From Phoronis australis (lineage: Eukaryota; Animalia; Phoronida), in the NCBI GenBank assembly GCA_002633005.1, contig NMRA01000630.1:62001-126000 (forward strand): DNA of 64,000 nt, in the 5' to 3' direction. The position numbers and the translations under genes were made by a program. Position 1 is the stretch's first letter, and the number at the start of each line of letters is the position of its first letter. The notes beneath the pieces were generated by a model. The model ran no database searches, was not told the DNA's origin, and saw nothing but the letters and a program-made list of their open reading frames with translations. Below, piece after piece: positions 1 through 13,600 of this stretch.

Positions 1-1379
1 GATTCAGTGGTTTGACCATTAATACGAATCGGCTTTTGTTTGGCGTGCAAGTCGGGCAAATGTGAATTTTATCTGTATGCTGGAACCGATTAACTGCAAC
101 ATTATTTTGACTACAGTCCCCTTTTAAAGGGATGTTTACAGCACAGACCATTCTACCAAACATTTTTGTTCCTGATTTGAAGTAGGCAATTACATCACTT
201 GCTCCATGAAGATGACTTGGCTAGACTTGAAGATGCCTTGTCTGACGACATTATGTAGGCCTACATAACGTTTTCTTACAAGTCTTATAGTTTTGACTAG
301 GGAAATAGCTAGCCAACTAGACAGTGATGACTATCTCTAGCTGGAGCCAGCTGAAGACAGTAGCCAATACCACTCAGTCAGCTGTATGAAGACTGATTAT
401 GACTTACACTTGGCCGGGAGCAAAGCTGTATACTAAATATACAGCTTTGCACCAATTAGGATAAATACAGTCTTAAAATCTTAGCGTCATTAAAAACTAC
501 ATTCGATCTTCTTTAAACTTCATATTTACCGTTGTTGGAAAAATTGACGTTCTACTGTTAATGTGCTACTAAAATTATAGGGCAATCTTTTGTGTCAGCT
601 TTTGGTGTCATGAAATATTTTGTCACCTACAGGCCAGTTTCTCAAGTTTGTTTCGCCGATTCTTCAATCAAGTATTATATTTCATGAGGTTATGTACACT
701 TGGTCACAACAAACTATCGAAACTGGTTTTACTTAATCTTAAGTTTTCAGAATTTTGACACAAAAAAATCAAATTTCATAACAATTAAAAAGTTTGCTTC
801 TGCGAAGCTGTCATCATCTCGTTCAATGGCGCGTAGTGTAACCGAGCGTGATGTTTTCAAAACGACGACAAACTTTTCATTGTAACAAAAGATGAAGAAG
901 TACACAAGAAATGACGTTTATTAGATTTTTTTCACTTAAACAGCTGTAATGGCAGAGTGTCGGTTGACTCCCAGATTTTGCAGGACGCATGTACCCGGGC
1001 CCCGTACCGATCGCTCTCAGTTAGTGACAAGTTTCACAGCGAGGTGATGAGCAGAAGTAGCCGAGCTGTATGCCATTTCGAGGTCTGTCAGAGCTCAACA
1101 CACAGTGGTGTCTAGTTGTATTTTGACGATAGTCTTCATATGTTAGCTGGCTGGCTATAACTATGTCTGTCTATCATTCACTAATCACTGATTGAACGGT
1201 AACTAATGCTCGGTCAATATTCAGTCATTTTATTATAGTACAGCATTCTACCAAGGCTACTCATGCCATTGCATAATGCCGTTGTTTGGAGATACAACGA
1301 CATCAATTACCTGTTGGGTCAAACGAAGCCATCGATTTAATATATTGTATACAATCGACAATTCGACAAGACTTCTTCG

Positions 1380-1606
1380 CCGCTCCAGTTAATCATTCAT
1401 GGCCATTCTTGCAGCTGGCGATTCCCTGTAACCTTTGACCGAGGCACCGGTGAACACAAATGCTCATGCGCGTTGCCGATTTCCTGTTTAAAAATGGCGG
1501 CCGTCAAAGAGAATGTTTACTTCAATGTGTCTTTGAATTTACCGCTCCAGTCAGAGCTAGGAACAGAGTATCGGTGTATTTAAACCTGCAGTTTCAAACA
1601 GCTAAA
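1380..1606 (+). promoter_or_regulatory. Putative LRRC49 promoter / 5' UTR
   Basis: Locally CpG-rich; YY1-type AAAATGGCGGCC at about 1491-1502, just upstream of the ATG. Confidence 0.55.
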
Positions 1607-1651
1607 ATGTACCCATACAATAAAACTCGTAACAGGCCACCTGCATCCACG
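1607..1651 (+). CDS. LRRC49: LRRC49 coding exon 1 (MYPYNKTRNRPPAST)
   Basis: aaaATG start, donor ACG|GTAAGC, phase 0, downstream of a CpG-richer YY1-containing region; homology weak. Confidence 0.7.
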
Positions 1652-4600
1652 GTAAGCTAAGTTTGCATGCCTAAGTGTATGGTCACGTCCAGTTTTCTCC
1701 TCAATCATTTAACGATTCAATCAATTTACGTTGTCATATGGAGGAATTCGCCGATGTTTTGCTAAGCACACTTGTGTTTTAGTCAGGCTTTTATATTTTA
1801 AGATTCCTCACTCTCCTTGGAGTGTGTGTATGAATTGCACCTTGATCATCTGTGCAGTGTGAAAGTTTATAATTTCAACATTACTAGGCAGGGTGACCTT
1901 TCTCGGCTTTCTGACATTCTCAAGTTCTGTTTACCGGGGACAGAAAAACACGTTTTGAGGCAATAGTCGAATTAGACCGTGTGTCTACCTGAGCTGCAAA
2001 AGTGTAAAACAGTTCACTTGATCACACATGGCAGTGGTTGCTAAGTAGTTAATTAAGTGTATGCCTGGTTTCTCTTGGTTCAGCCGTGAGTCATACTAGC
2101 AACCTTAGGCCGCTTGGACTGTTCAGCCAAGGGCAGTCCATTTGCAGGCGATTTGACATGCCATTATAGCACAAAAAACCGGTCACATGATACAACATCA
2201 GATCTTATAATCCAGAGGTTGTTACGCCAGCTTCCAGTCTGCTCTGGCTGTTAATCACCTGTGCAGAGGAACACCTATGTAGAGGAACACCTGTGTAGAG
2301 GAACACCTCTGTGCTGCAATTTATAGAACGTTTTCAGGGAAACACACTTCATTTTCCTTAATCCCAGTAGTGTTATTGATGAACTTTGGATATTAGCACT
2401 ATCAGTAGATGGGTGTAAGAGTTGCTGATTTTGAGAAATGGGACAAGCAAATGATTTATTTTAATACAGAACTTGACTGATAAGTGTCAGTGTTCTCCTA
2501 TCCTCTGACACAGCGCCACGTATACTGAAAAGTGGCCCTGTGGAAACATGATGAATGACTCGTGGAATTCCACGTGTGGGTGTCAATGCGCATGCTTGGT
2601 CGGAAATTTATCGATCACATCACCACCACTTGCACACGCCTGCTATGCACTGTGCTTGTTGGGGCTTAGCAACAGGATCGGGGTGCCCTTAATTTTGTTT
2701 ACTTTGATTACTGCCGGTTTTAATAAATTGCAACTATTCAAGTCAAAGGTGGTCACCATTCTACATAACAGTGAACTGAAAGGGGTTTCCCAATTTTCAA
2801 TCAATGGAAATGACTGAATGTTTTGATGTCGGTTTCATTACTTTAACCAATGGGAAGCCATGATAAACAACATTCCACAGTGCTACCTTTCGTAGCATTG
2901 TGAAAGAGTGTAAGTGATCTCCACACCTTGTTTTAATATGTCGCCATGTCCTGTTTGCCAGCACTTGGGACACATGTGAATGGCTGGGATGTGTTTGAAA
3001 GAACAGCGACTAGTTTGGAAATTAGGGCTTAACTGCAACTGACTGTACAGTGCATATAATTTAGAAACTGTTAATTAAGTTAAAGTAGTCAGCTATTCAA
3101 ATCCTGCACGTGTATTAGGTTTGCACAGCAAAGAATGTCCGCCATCACTGGTAGTTGGTTTGATTGTGTGCTTCCGACATGTTTGGGTTTTCAGTTGTGG
3201 AGAATATTGAACATGCCACATTATTTGTAGATTGATGAATGCACTACAGTACTATGATTTCTTTATGCATGCATATATACAAGTCTCTCTCATTTAGTTT
3301 TTCTACAATGCAAGTCTTTATTGCATGTTCTATGAATAGAAATATTGCTCTCCGTCTCAAGCTTACTTCATTTTGTTGTGAGGTGATGACTGCATGACTG
3401 ACTGTCTTTCTTACAGAAGTATATGTTTGGGCCCACGTTTAGTTTACAAGCCTCAGCCTCTCCTGTCGTGGAGAGAGCAAAACAGGTATACGTATTGTCC
3501 GTACGTTGTGTATTCCGTGCACATGTCCCCCGCTGTGTTGCAATTTGGAAGGCTGGTCAAGAAGCTCTAGATGATGTAACTATCTTGTGTGAGATGATTT
3601 TGTACCGTTGAACACTGAATTGAATAATGTTGTCTTCAGCCAGGCTTATCAGTCAACAGGACGCCCTATTTTCTAAGACACTTCGCTAAGAGTATTGGAG
3701 CACATGCAAACAAAACACATTAATCATTTCCGGGTGCTCTCATCTCACTGAATCGTGTGATCTGATTGGTGAATATAAGTAGTGGAGCGAATTTCATATA
3801 GCACAACTGAGACACTGAAGTATGGAACATTTTTGACCAATTGGTCTGTAATCATCTTCATCATGTGGGCTGATGGTTGAATTTGTAGTCAAGTGATGAG
3901 ATTCTGTGCCCAGAAGATAGTTGTATGATATCGACACTGACACTATGTTACAAATATTAATTTTAATGGCATTGAACTGTGTCGCCATTCTTCACGCTTT
4001 TATTTTTGTAGCACTACCACGACTCAAAAAGTGTTAGCGTATTCTAAGTCTTTAACATAGACCGATTTGAAGAGCACAACAATATTTTGCTGCCAGTTCG
4101 TTCACTGAATGCCGGGCAAATACTGCGGATAACGTGTGTTGTGAGCCATTGTCCACGTGTCTGACTCTTGTTTGTGTTCACTCGCATGGAGACTGAACAG
4201 GCTTGCATTTGTAGACATGTACGGTTTGTTGTGAAACTGCCTTGCAACCGTCAGCCACCATCACTGGGAGGACGACCACAAACAGTGTCAATCGAAAAAG
4301 TTTAAATTTCTGGAAATACTGTCTCGATCTTGTTATTTGAGATTCTCCTCGCTAATTACTGTCGATTCATCTTCGGAGCTTCTTGAACGAGTTTCTCCTT
4401 CCTTTGGTGTTTGTGCCAGCTTTGTTGTTGAACAGACCACCCGCCAACATTCACGCCTATTTACGAGGGTAGGGTGTGCACAATTTCACGTGAACACGCG
4501 TTCAATCATTCGGTCAGGCCATTAACAACGTCATCCCGAAATTAAGCAAGTTTGTAATTTGTGGAGGTAAGAAACATATGTTGCACAATATTGGCACTGG

Positions 4601-7600
4601 TCAGCATCTTGCATACTTTGGTCTTTAAACAACAACTTGTATGCGTAATTGTTTAATAGAAATCTTACATGTATTTTAGTTTAATGTGAGAATCAATCGA
4701 CTAAAATTTATTGACTTAGGAGTCAGAATTTAAGTGGCCACTGTAGCAAGACTGTAACACTTAATTTCGGGTTGAGGTTATTTGCCAACTTACACGCAAT
4801 ATTATGTAGCACGCAAAACTGTTCACTGTCACGAATTAATGTGTTTACATGTTGTCAGTCCCTTGTCATGATGTTGTAAAACTTGGGTAAAATGTACGCT
4901 TTGTTGGAAATCACTAGTAATGCAATATCTCTTTAGTGTGTAATATAATTTAGAAAGGTTTACAGAATCTCAACAGCATTTATGTGTAAAAAATGCTTCT
5001 TAATTACCATACCCTATATTCTGGGCTAACATTGAGAGGGGCGGGGGTGCAAGGAAGTGCAGTGTTGGGCATAAATATTTTTCAAATTATTCAGGTGTTG
5101 ATAAAGTATCAATTCCAGTAAAAATGTCATTTTGCATCAATAGGTGGCGTGCTATCTTAGAAATGCTGAAGTGACAAGTCATCATTACTATTGTATTTGA
5201 TAAAAATCTAAACTTGACAATCAACAGGCACAATGTTTTATTAACATGCGGTTGTTTTATTCAAGCATGGTTGCTCACTTTAGAGTGGTACCGTCACGCT
5301 TATGAAAACTCTATTGGAATGAAATGCTATGAATGTGACCAGGGTCTTGATGACTATTTGACAAAATGTGTATTTAACTTTTTCTTTCAAGGCCTGATCT
5401 AGGCCAAGACATGCTTGGAGTAAGACATGCCTCATGGGCTCAAGACACTCGCAAAATGTCTTCATTATTCACTAAATGCAGAGCTGGCTGTTACAAATCT
5501 GTTCTTTTAGAGCTGAGATTGACATGCTGTTGATGACATCTTGTAGTCACTCTATTGATAAAATTGATTCCTAAAGTCCAAGGTTAGTAAGAGCTCCCTT
5601 GACAAAAAGTAGGGTATAATGTCATCAAGTGAATGTCATTAAGTGAGAACATCAGGTATTTGTAGTGTCAGCGGGCAAAATTTTAGTTTCTCATTTTGCC
5701 ACAAAAGATCTGTAGCTCCATGACTGATGCTTTCACATCGCTAAGGGTTCTGTCCTAGACCAGTAGTATTAGGCATGCTACAATGTGAGAAGGTTTTGAA
5801 AAGTGAATAATTGACAAGTTTGACAATTATTTTGCCCAAAGTCGGTGAGATTTTATCAGTGAATGGTGTCTGGTTGTATTTTGGTTTTTAACTTTCAATT
5901 GTATATAGTTCAGTGTTCAAATTTGAGCCCATTGATATTTTCCATAGATAGCCCATAGGGGGCGTGTATTGGGAAAATGGAAATTTCAGGCGATCTAGTA
6001 ATACAAAATATATGCACAGGTATTTATTCAGAAAAGAAGGGCCGGTATGTATTTAGGGAAAATAGTTTTGGCTTCGAAAATACCAGCATGAACCTAAGAC
6101 TTATAGGCCCAGATTAAGAGGTATCCTGACGGACATTTTGTATTTAAATTTGTTTTTTTTTAGATCTTATGTCAATAACTGCATATTTGCCAACACTTTG
6201 GTCATTTTTATAAATGATAAATGCTCTGCTAAACTGTACTTGTGACTAAAAGTTGGCTCTGAGTGGGCTTTTAACAGGAACTTTTCCAAATAAAAAACCC
6301 CACCATCTTGACCATTGACACCACAACTTGTAAAACTGAATGAACGTCAATGAACCTTTAGTTGACATAATTTTCCCAATTCAGGTGGACTCATCTTTGG
6401 TAAATCCTGGTAGTGCGATTGTTCATGTTCACACATTTGGCTTTTCAGACATTAGAGTTTGCCTTGCTGTGACAAACTGGCTTAGTTGAGTCTTATGGAT
6501 CTGAGTTGAATGCTGGTTCAACTGAGGTTAAGACTCACAATACACATAGAATTCAGGGTGGTGGTTGCTTTAATCCTGGCTCATGACACAGACTTCCCTT
6601 GCAAACACAGCTTGTATGCATTTAGGTGTCCTTGAACCTGCTTTTTGGGGTGATGGTTATTTCATCTCTACACAGGACTCCAGTGCCCACTGTCTGATGT
6701 ACAAGTACATCTCCAAAAAATTGGGATTGGTATGTTTTGAATGTGAACTTAACAAGTTGCACTCGAAAACTGAGACACTGGTGGTTAAATTTGAAGGTTA
6801 GACCCAGGGCCCTGTAGGTCATGCTTGTTCATCTTAAGACTGCACAGGATCTTGTCTGGACTGAAAATCATTTGAGGAAAGTGTTGTCACGGCAACAAGA
6901 GTGTTACTGTAACAACAATTTAATGCTAAGTGCTTCTAAATAATATCAAAAGTTCGGCCATTATTACGGTCATCTTGTTGGTCCTACTTGTATATCTATG
7001 TTAGGCAACGGAGTGCTTTGGTCTCTTTGGTGATCACCCACCAAACTTTTAAATTTAAAAAAATTAAAAAAATCAAGGGGGGGGGGTGTGGCAAGTTATC
7101 ACAGGATGGACATTTAAATTAAAAGTGAACATTAACTAATTTTGTTGAAGAACATGAACTTCATTTGTTTATTTATCGGTAGAAGGCTGACAGGCAAAAG
7201 TACATATCTGATACTTTTTTAAGCATTTTCACATTCAGACCTTCGTCATTTCTGGGAGCAGACAATGACTAATGTACCAAGAGTAGGTCAATTTCTTTTT
7301 TCTAATCTTTGTTTTGCATGTTTGGTTTTGCTGATCTTTGCAATTAATTTCAGGTGAGAAAAATATTGATTGGCATTCAGGTTCATAACCATGACTCTCC
7401 AACTTTAGATTATTTCATTCAGTCTGGATTTGTCATTGCATTATCCTCACAACCTACTAATTACTAATGTTAATTGCCAGTTTTAACTATCTTTTCCCAG
7501 AAAAAGAGAAATAAATATGAGGTAAAGATTCCATGGTGTGGAATTTTGCGTGTTTCCTAGGTTACTATGTTTTTTGGATGTATTACATGTCTCTACGTAT

Positions 7601-10600
7601 GTTTGAATTTATTTAAATATTTTATCATCTGATTATGTCACGTGACTGTTTGATAGTGAGGATGACGCTTTACTCACCTGGAATATTTGTGGCTTTTACA
7701 AATATTGAGTGTCGTAGAAATGAGTTTGTTCTACAGGTCAGACAGCAGAATGTATTTTGAAAAAAAAGGCTGTGTTAATTGTGTTTACGCATGAAAACAA
7801 AGGTTTTGTGGCGTCCACAATCATATCCCATGCCAACAAGTGGATATTTAAGTAACTCCTTCATTTGTAACGAAGTTATTGGTAACGAGATTATGTTTTG
7901 CTGATTAATTTCATCTTGCCGAAAATGCAAACCAACAAAAATCTACTTGCCTGTTGTTGTGACCTGTGTTTATGAATGTTTCTCACATTTTCTTACCATA
8001 CTCGTCTGTATTACCGCCCATACTCGGCTTACCGTCCACCCCCGAAATTTTCAATTTTTCATTTTAAGCGCCCATGCTTTGCTTACCGCCCACTCTCAAT
8101 TTGTCATGAGTGAGACTTCCTTAGAGGTGTCTGTGCTTCTCTGAACGTTGTCACACAAAACAGATTCTAAAACGTGCGCAACTCGCTTACCTTTCCCTGA
8201 CAATCAGTTTTAGTGTAACCTGGACCTTGCCTTACTACGGCAGTAAAATACCCGTATTCTCTTGCACTTTACTAAAGTAGACACAATTGTTTCCTTTGGC
8301 TCACGCGCGGAACTCGTGTCAGCATGTACTGATCACTGAGACAGCGCTTGCCGAATGTATTTCATTGCCAGGGAAGAAGCATCAAAATGGTACTTGACAG
8401 GAATTTCCAAGTCGGTGGCCTACCTTAACACAGTGATTTCCCATGAGTGCCATGACAGTACACGGAACGTCACCACCCTGAGCAATGAAATTAGAAAAAA
8501 CACGAGCGCACCCGACATCATTTTGGACGCATTGTTTTGAATACAAGCAGACACGACTCATTGTGGCAAACCAACTTGTCTCACTGTTCCATGCTTTGGT
8601 TAAACGCATGTTTTTAATGATTCACTCCCGACACCAAAATGGAAGCGCCCAACCAAAAGCAACAGCGCAAGATATCAACTTGTCATTAAGCGCAAGTCGA
8701 ACATTCTATCCACATCCACGTGGTCAAAAACTTACATGATGTGTTTTTGCAAATCTACAAAATCAGGTGCTTCCCTTAAAACTTCACACGGCGCACCAGT
8801 GGAATCTTGCTTGATCTACCTTTTCTCTCAAGAAACTTGCCCTACTGAACGCATGCCTACCTGTAGGAATACCTTAGTTCTAAGAGATGACAAGCAGCGA
8901 CGTATATTTTAAATGACATGCTTGAAGTCCGACGTCAGTGTAGCTCTGTGAGGGTAAAATTTGTGCAGTAAGCACCCACTCCCGACTTCAAAAAATTTGA
9001 TTTTAACTGCCCATGCTCGGCTTACCGCCCACCCCTTGTTTTTTTAGATTCCCAATTTAAGCGCCCTGGGTGGTAACCTGGACGAGTACGGTATTATAAT
9101 TGGAATCACGTTGTTTTGATTGTCTGAAGTGGCCTGCTGTATGTGTGTGTAGGTTTAAACATTAATTACATATGAACAATCATTGTCAACTGATCTCTGG
9201 CTGTGTATTGGGTTAACTCATGTGTAACTGTTGTATTTGTTTAATTTAAATTTTTGGGTAAGTAGAAGTTTAAAGGTATGGTTCTGTATCCAAGTAACTC
9301 TGATTAAAATAAATCACAGTTGACAACTTTTGAAAGCTGAGGTAGGTGTAAAAATCAAACTTCCCTTCAAGAAAATCAATCCCAATGCAATGTTAAGAGG
9401 TGCTGTAAACTGGTAATAGTCCTTACAGGGGACCTGTATTTTGGAGAATCAATGTTGTCTACTGAATAAGGGCATCAAAATGGGTTTTAAAACCTGGGAC
9501 CTGTGTAAGTGACCCTTCCAGGGAATTGACCTTTAGTGGCTGAAGCAAGGTATTGTTGGTTTATTCTCACAGTTGATTGTACACTGCCTTGTGGTTCATT
9601 TGTCTGATGAATATAATTTTACGCATAATTGCTTCACTTGAGACTTCTGTTGCTGGACAAACATGGAAATACCATTAATCTGTTTGTCTAATAATAATGT
9701 CCAATACTCAACACAATGCTGAATGCAGACCTAAGTCATGTTTTCATTGCTTTTCTTATCCACACTAAAAATGCCATGAATCTAAACAGCTTGAGGTCTC
9801 GCTTGTTTTTATGTCATTTCTTCCATCTTGCTGTTTTTCCAGTTTTATTCAACTGTTTACTGATCATGTGGCTTGAAATTTGTTTACACAATAAAAATTT
9901 TGGTTTTCTGGAATATTTGTTGATGTTGGACTAACTGTAAGGTATTGCTTGTTTCGTTTTGAGCTGATAACACAACGTAGTTTTTCCTCTGTTCATGGTG
10001 CTTTGGCGAATTGTCATTTGCTAAATACTTGATACAATGTTTTCAATCTGACGATGGCTCTAAGCAGATGTGTACAATATTTTATGGAAATAATTGCTTT
10101 AAAACTGTTGAATTCACAAATATTCTGTTTGTTCTGCCATGTGTCTTTCTTATCAGCGTGCCCTCACAAAATTTATGTATCAGAGATTTTTAATCCCCAT
10201 TTTCAAGGCACTGCTAAACCCCCTGAGCGATTAGCAAATTTATGACGCAGTCTGGACTTTTTATTTATCAAACCTGTGTTATCTAGCTGTACCTTTGAAT
10301 GTAGTCAGAGCCTGAATACAAAGTTGTTTACTCGAAGCTTTCTATGCTTTTCAACTCTTAGGTTGCCTATAAAATCTGACTTTTTATGCAAAATTGTGAG
10401 ATTGAAGCTTTCCTTTGAAGCAGTGTAGAGGTGCTTACAAAATCTAATGTGTATTTATTTATTTATTTATTATTGTGATATTTAAAATGAGGGTGGCCTC
10501 TTCAGTGATAGCACTGCTTTCCAAGAGAGCCCTCATGTGTTTGGTTACCCTCGGTGACAACACGTTTTTATTGAAACTTCAGTTTCAGTAAGACTTCATT

Positions 10601-13600
10601 TGGACGTACTATTGCGGATGTGTATTGAAATGCTCCAGTGAAAACTAGGTTAATGAATGGATTAACACATAATGAAGACTTGTCGATGAACGCTGCCTTC
10701 GGCAATCTAAAGCCCAGCATATTTGCATTTTGTTTTTCAAACTCGTTTTACATGTCGCTGTAGCATATCCAAGTGAGTCAGTGATTTGTAGTCGGAGTTA
10801 GAAGGTGGTCTCTTCCGTACAAGTGTATATATTTGCTAAGATGGAATCGGCCAGATTTTAAAGTTCTGTGTTACCACCCAACAACAGCATTATGCCCTAT
10901 AAAGTGGAAGGACACGTGAATCTTGTATTCCACACTGTATAAGACTCCTACTAATCCCCATGACATTTTGAGATTGCACATAAATTTACAGAATTAGCCT
11001 CATTATCCCAGACTGTCAACAAGTGTTGGTGAAGTGTTAGCCATGGTATTGGGAGGGCAGAGTGGCTGTTCAACCCTGTTATTATCTAGTGATTGAGGGG
11101 GATTATCTTGGGAAGCTGGTTATAGGCACTGTTATAGGTTTAGAGTAGGGATGAATACCTGTGCTAGGGCGTTTCTGGGGTGTCNTTTATTCCTTTAGAG
11201 AAATATCCTGGGCAAGGCTGGTTATATCATCGTTTCTTGGCTCAAGCTGTAGTGAGTTTAGTGTGGCAGGGAAATGGTCGATGTTTTGGATTGCGCTGCC
11301 ATGACTTCAGTGTGGGAAGGAAAGATTGTGTATTTGTTTTCACACTGAAGTGTAACTATGGGAAGGCCACTGAAGGTCACAGGTGTTGAGTATTCTGCCT
11401 GTAACGTTGTTATTTACTATTTTTGAAGTACGAAAAGTTCTCAAACTCTGGGTCTTTGGCAATACCTTCTAAGAGGTTGAATAATGTTTGGTACTTTGAT
11501 GCCTTATTGTAACAAAGGCTGACACATCCTGCACTGTTGGAAGGAGGTTGGACATCGCATTCAGGTATTCACCTGGTAAAATGTCACCTGTATTCTTATA
11601 CCTGAGTTAATGAGTGTTAGGGGAGTCACTGCATTAGGTGTGATCACCAGGTAACTTAGAGTTGAGCATCAGGTGATACGATACGGAACATTAATTCTTT
11701 GGTAAGACTAGACATGGACATTGTTATTCATTGAATTCTTTGGTAGTTCACTCTGATGTCGGTGACTGTTTTATGTGGAGTTGTTTTGTGATGAGATTTA
11801 CTGTGGCTTTGGAGACATCGTGTAAGCTTTGATTGGAGTTCTTGGAATAATTCTATGCCATCATTGGATGTGATGCTCACTTATTGTGGTTGGTAGACTG
11901 AGTGGAAACATGACATGGCTCAGTTAAGTTGAATGTCTTGTCTCTGGGGAATCTGTCTGATTGCATTGACGGCATTGCCTTTGATTAGTGAAACCTTGAG
12001 TCTTCTCAACTGCATTTCCATGAGTGGAAGTCTGCAAAAAGGGTGACTGCTTGGCATTGATTCATACATTTTCAATTATGTAACTGAGGTTTCTAGGAGT
12101 GGGTGACTTAAACGTTCCTGTGTTGTGACCGGGTTTAGTGTTGCTGAAGATCTCAGGACAGTCTGATCACTGTGTACCATAAGATATTCAAGAAGCCTCA
12201 ATAGAGCTCGGGGATTTGGACATCATCAGTAAAAGTCATTGTGGCTGTTAATTGGCTGATACAAGTTTGTGTTCTTCGGCATATCGGCTTTTTATCTGCG
12301 ATAGAGGTTGAAAAGATTTGAGTTGGCGAGCGCGTTGTTCAGAGTGATGAAAAAGCATAATAACAGCCGTAACTGGGCTTTTCTGGCTTTCAAGATGAGT
12401 GCAGTAGCCAGAATGGAGGAGAAATTTGCCGTTCTGCCGAAAATTAATTTTGCGGTTAGTGGTTTCTTCATCCTTACACTGTGGTTGTGTATTTAGACTG
12501 TCATAAGGTTAAGAAATTATATTAAATTGTCTTAAGTTTCGGGCATAACTGCCGTTCTTTGGCCATTTCAGTATATGCTTTAATGACAAATTTTCTCGTT
12601 ATATGTTTTGAAATGTCATTGCGTCGTGAGTTACCAACATTTTGTGCAGCACTATCTTGTGTTGATCCTCGGTAAGGTGCGCAGTCTGTGGATCAGTGAT
12701 TACATCAGTATATTCTGCAGACGGCGCGTGCCCATACTGGGAGTCCACGTTTGTTTAAAAACCTCATAGTTTTATTTTTCTCACATTACAATTGTAAGCG
12801 CTGACTACCTATTGTATTGCTTCCGCAATCAAAATGGCGAATTAAGCACATCTCTCATGAACAGTTTTGGACTGGCGGAAATTCTGTGCAGGCGCAGTAT
12901 TTAAATTGTGATCTTCAAGTCTGTTCTTGCTTACATTTTGCTGCCCGTTTTTCTCGGTTAATTATTTGTCATTGATAGGCATCTACTGACTTCACCATTA
13001 CGAAATCCTGTTGACAATAATCCGCACTAACATGCATGCTGATCGTATTTGTAACTGGGACACTCACTCATTCACACCAAAAGTATTCAGACAAAATGAC
13101 TAGGAACTCCTCGTCATGACTGAGTGGATGTTGAATTCATTATCAGAGTGAATGTGGTTTTCTTTCAAGAAACGGGGATTGAAGGGAAAATAAACGAAAA
13201 GTGAAGTGGCTAAGCCACGCTGTAATTAGAATTTAGCCACACTAATAGTTATTATCAGTAATTTTTGCTGTTAACAGAATTAATGTCATGACAGAGAAAT
13301 CAATATTTTGTCTGTTTCGCTTTTGAATTGTAAGGTAAAATCACTTTTGAATTGGTAGCAGAATAACCAAACTGTTATTGAATCATAGTCTGATATAGTG
13401 TGTTCTGTTATTGAATCATAGTCTGATATAGTGTGTTATAAAATTAAACAAGGTTGCTAATTATCATTTATAACTTCCTGTTTCCGTGGTTTTGTGTCTT
13501 AAACAATTGAGATTTTGCAGTCATGAACTGTTGTACGAACACATTCATGTATTCTCTGGGTGTAAGGGTGTGTCGCTATGGTAACCACAATCATTCCATT

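Noticed and set aside
4240-4573. Possible extra non-coding first exon ending GAG|GTAAGA at about 4567
   Set aside because: Only a donor and mild CpG enrichment; no ATG in frame and no other support
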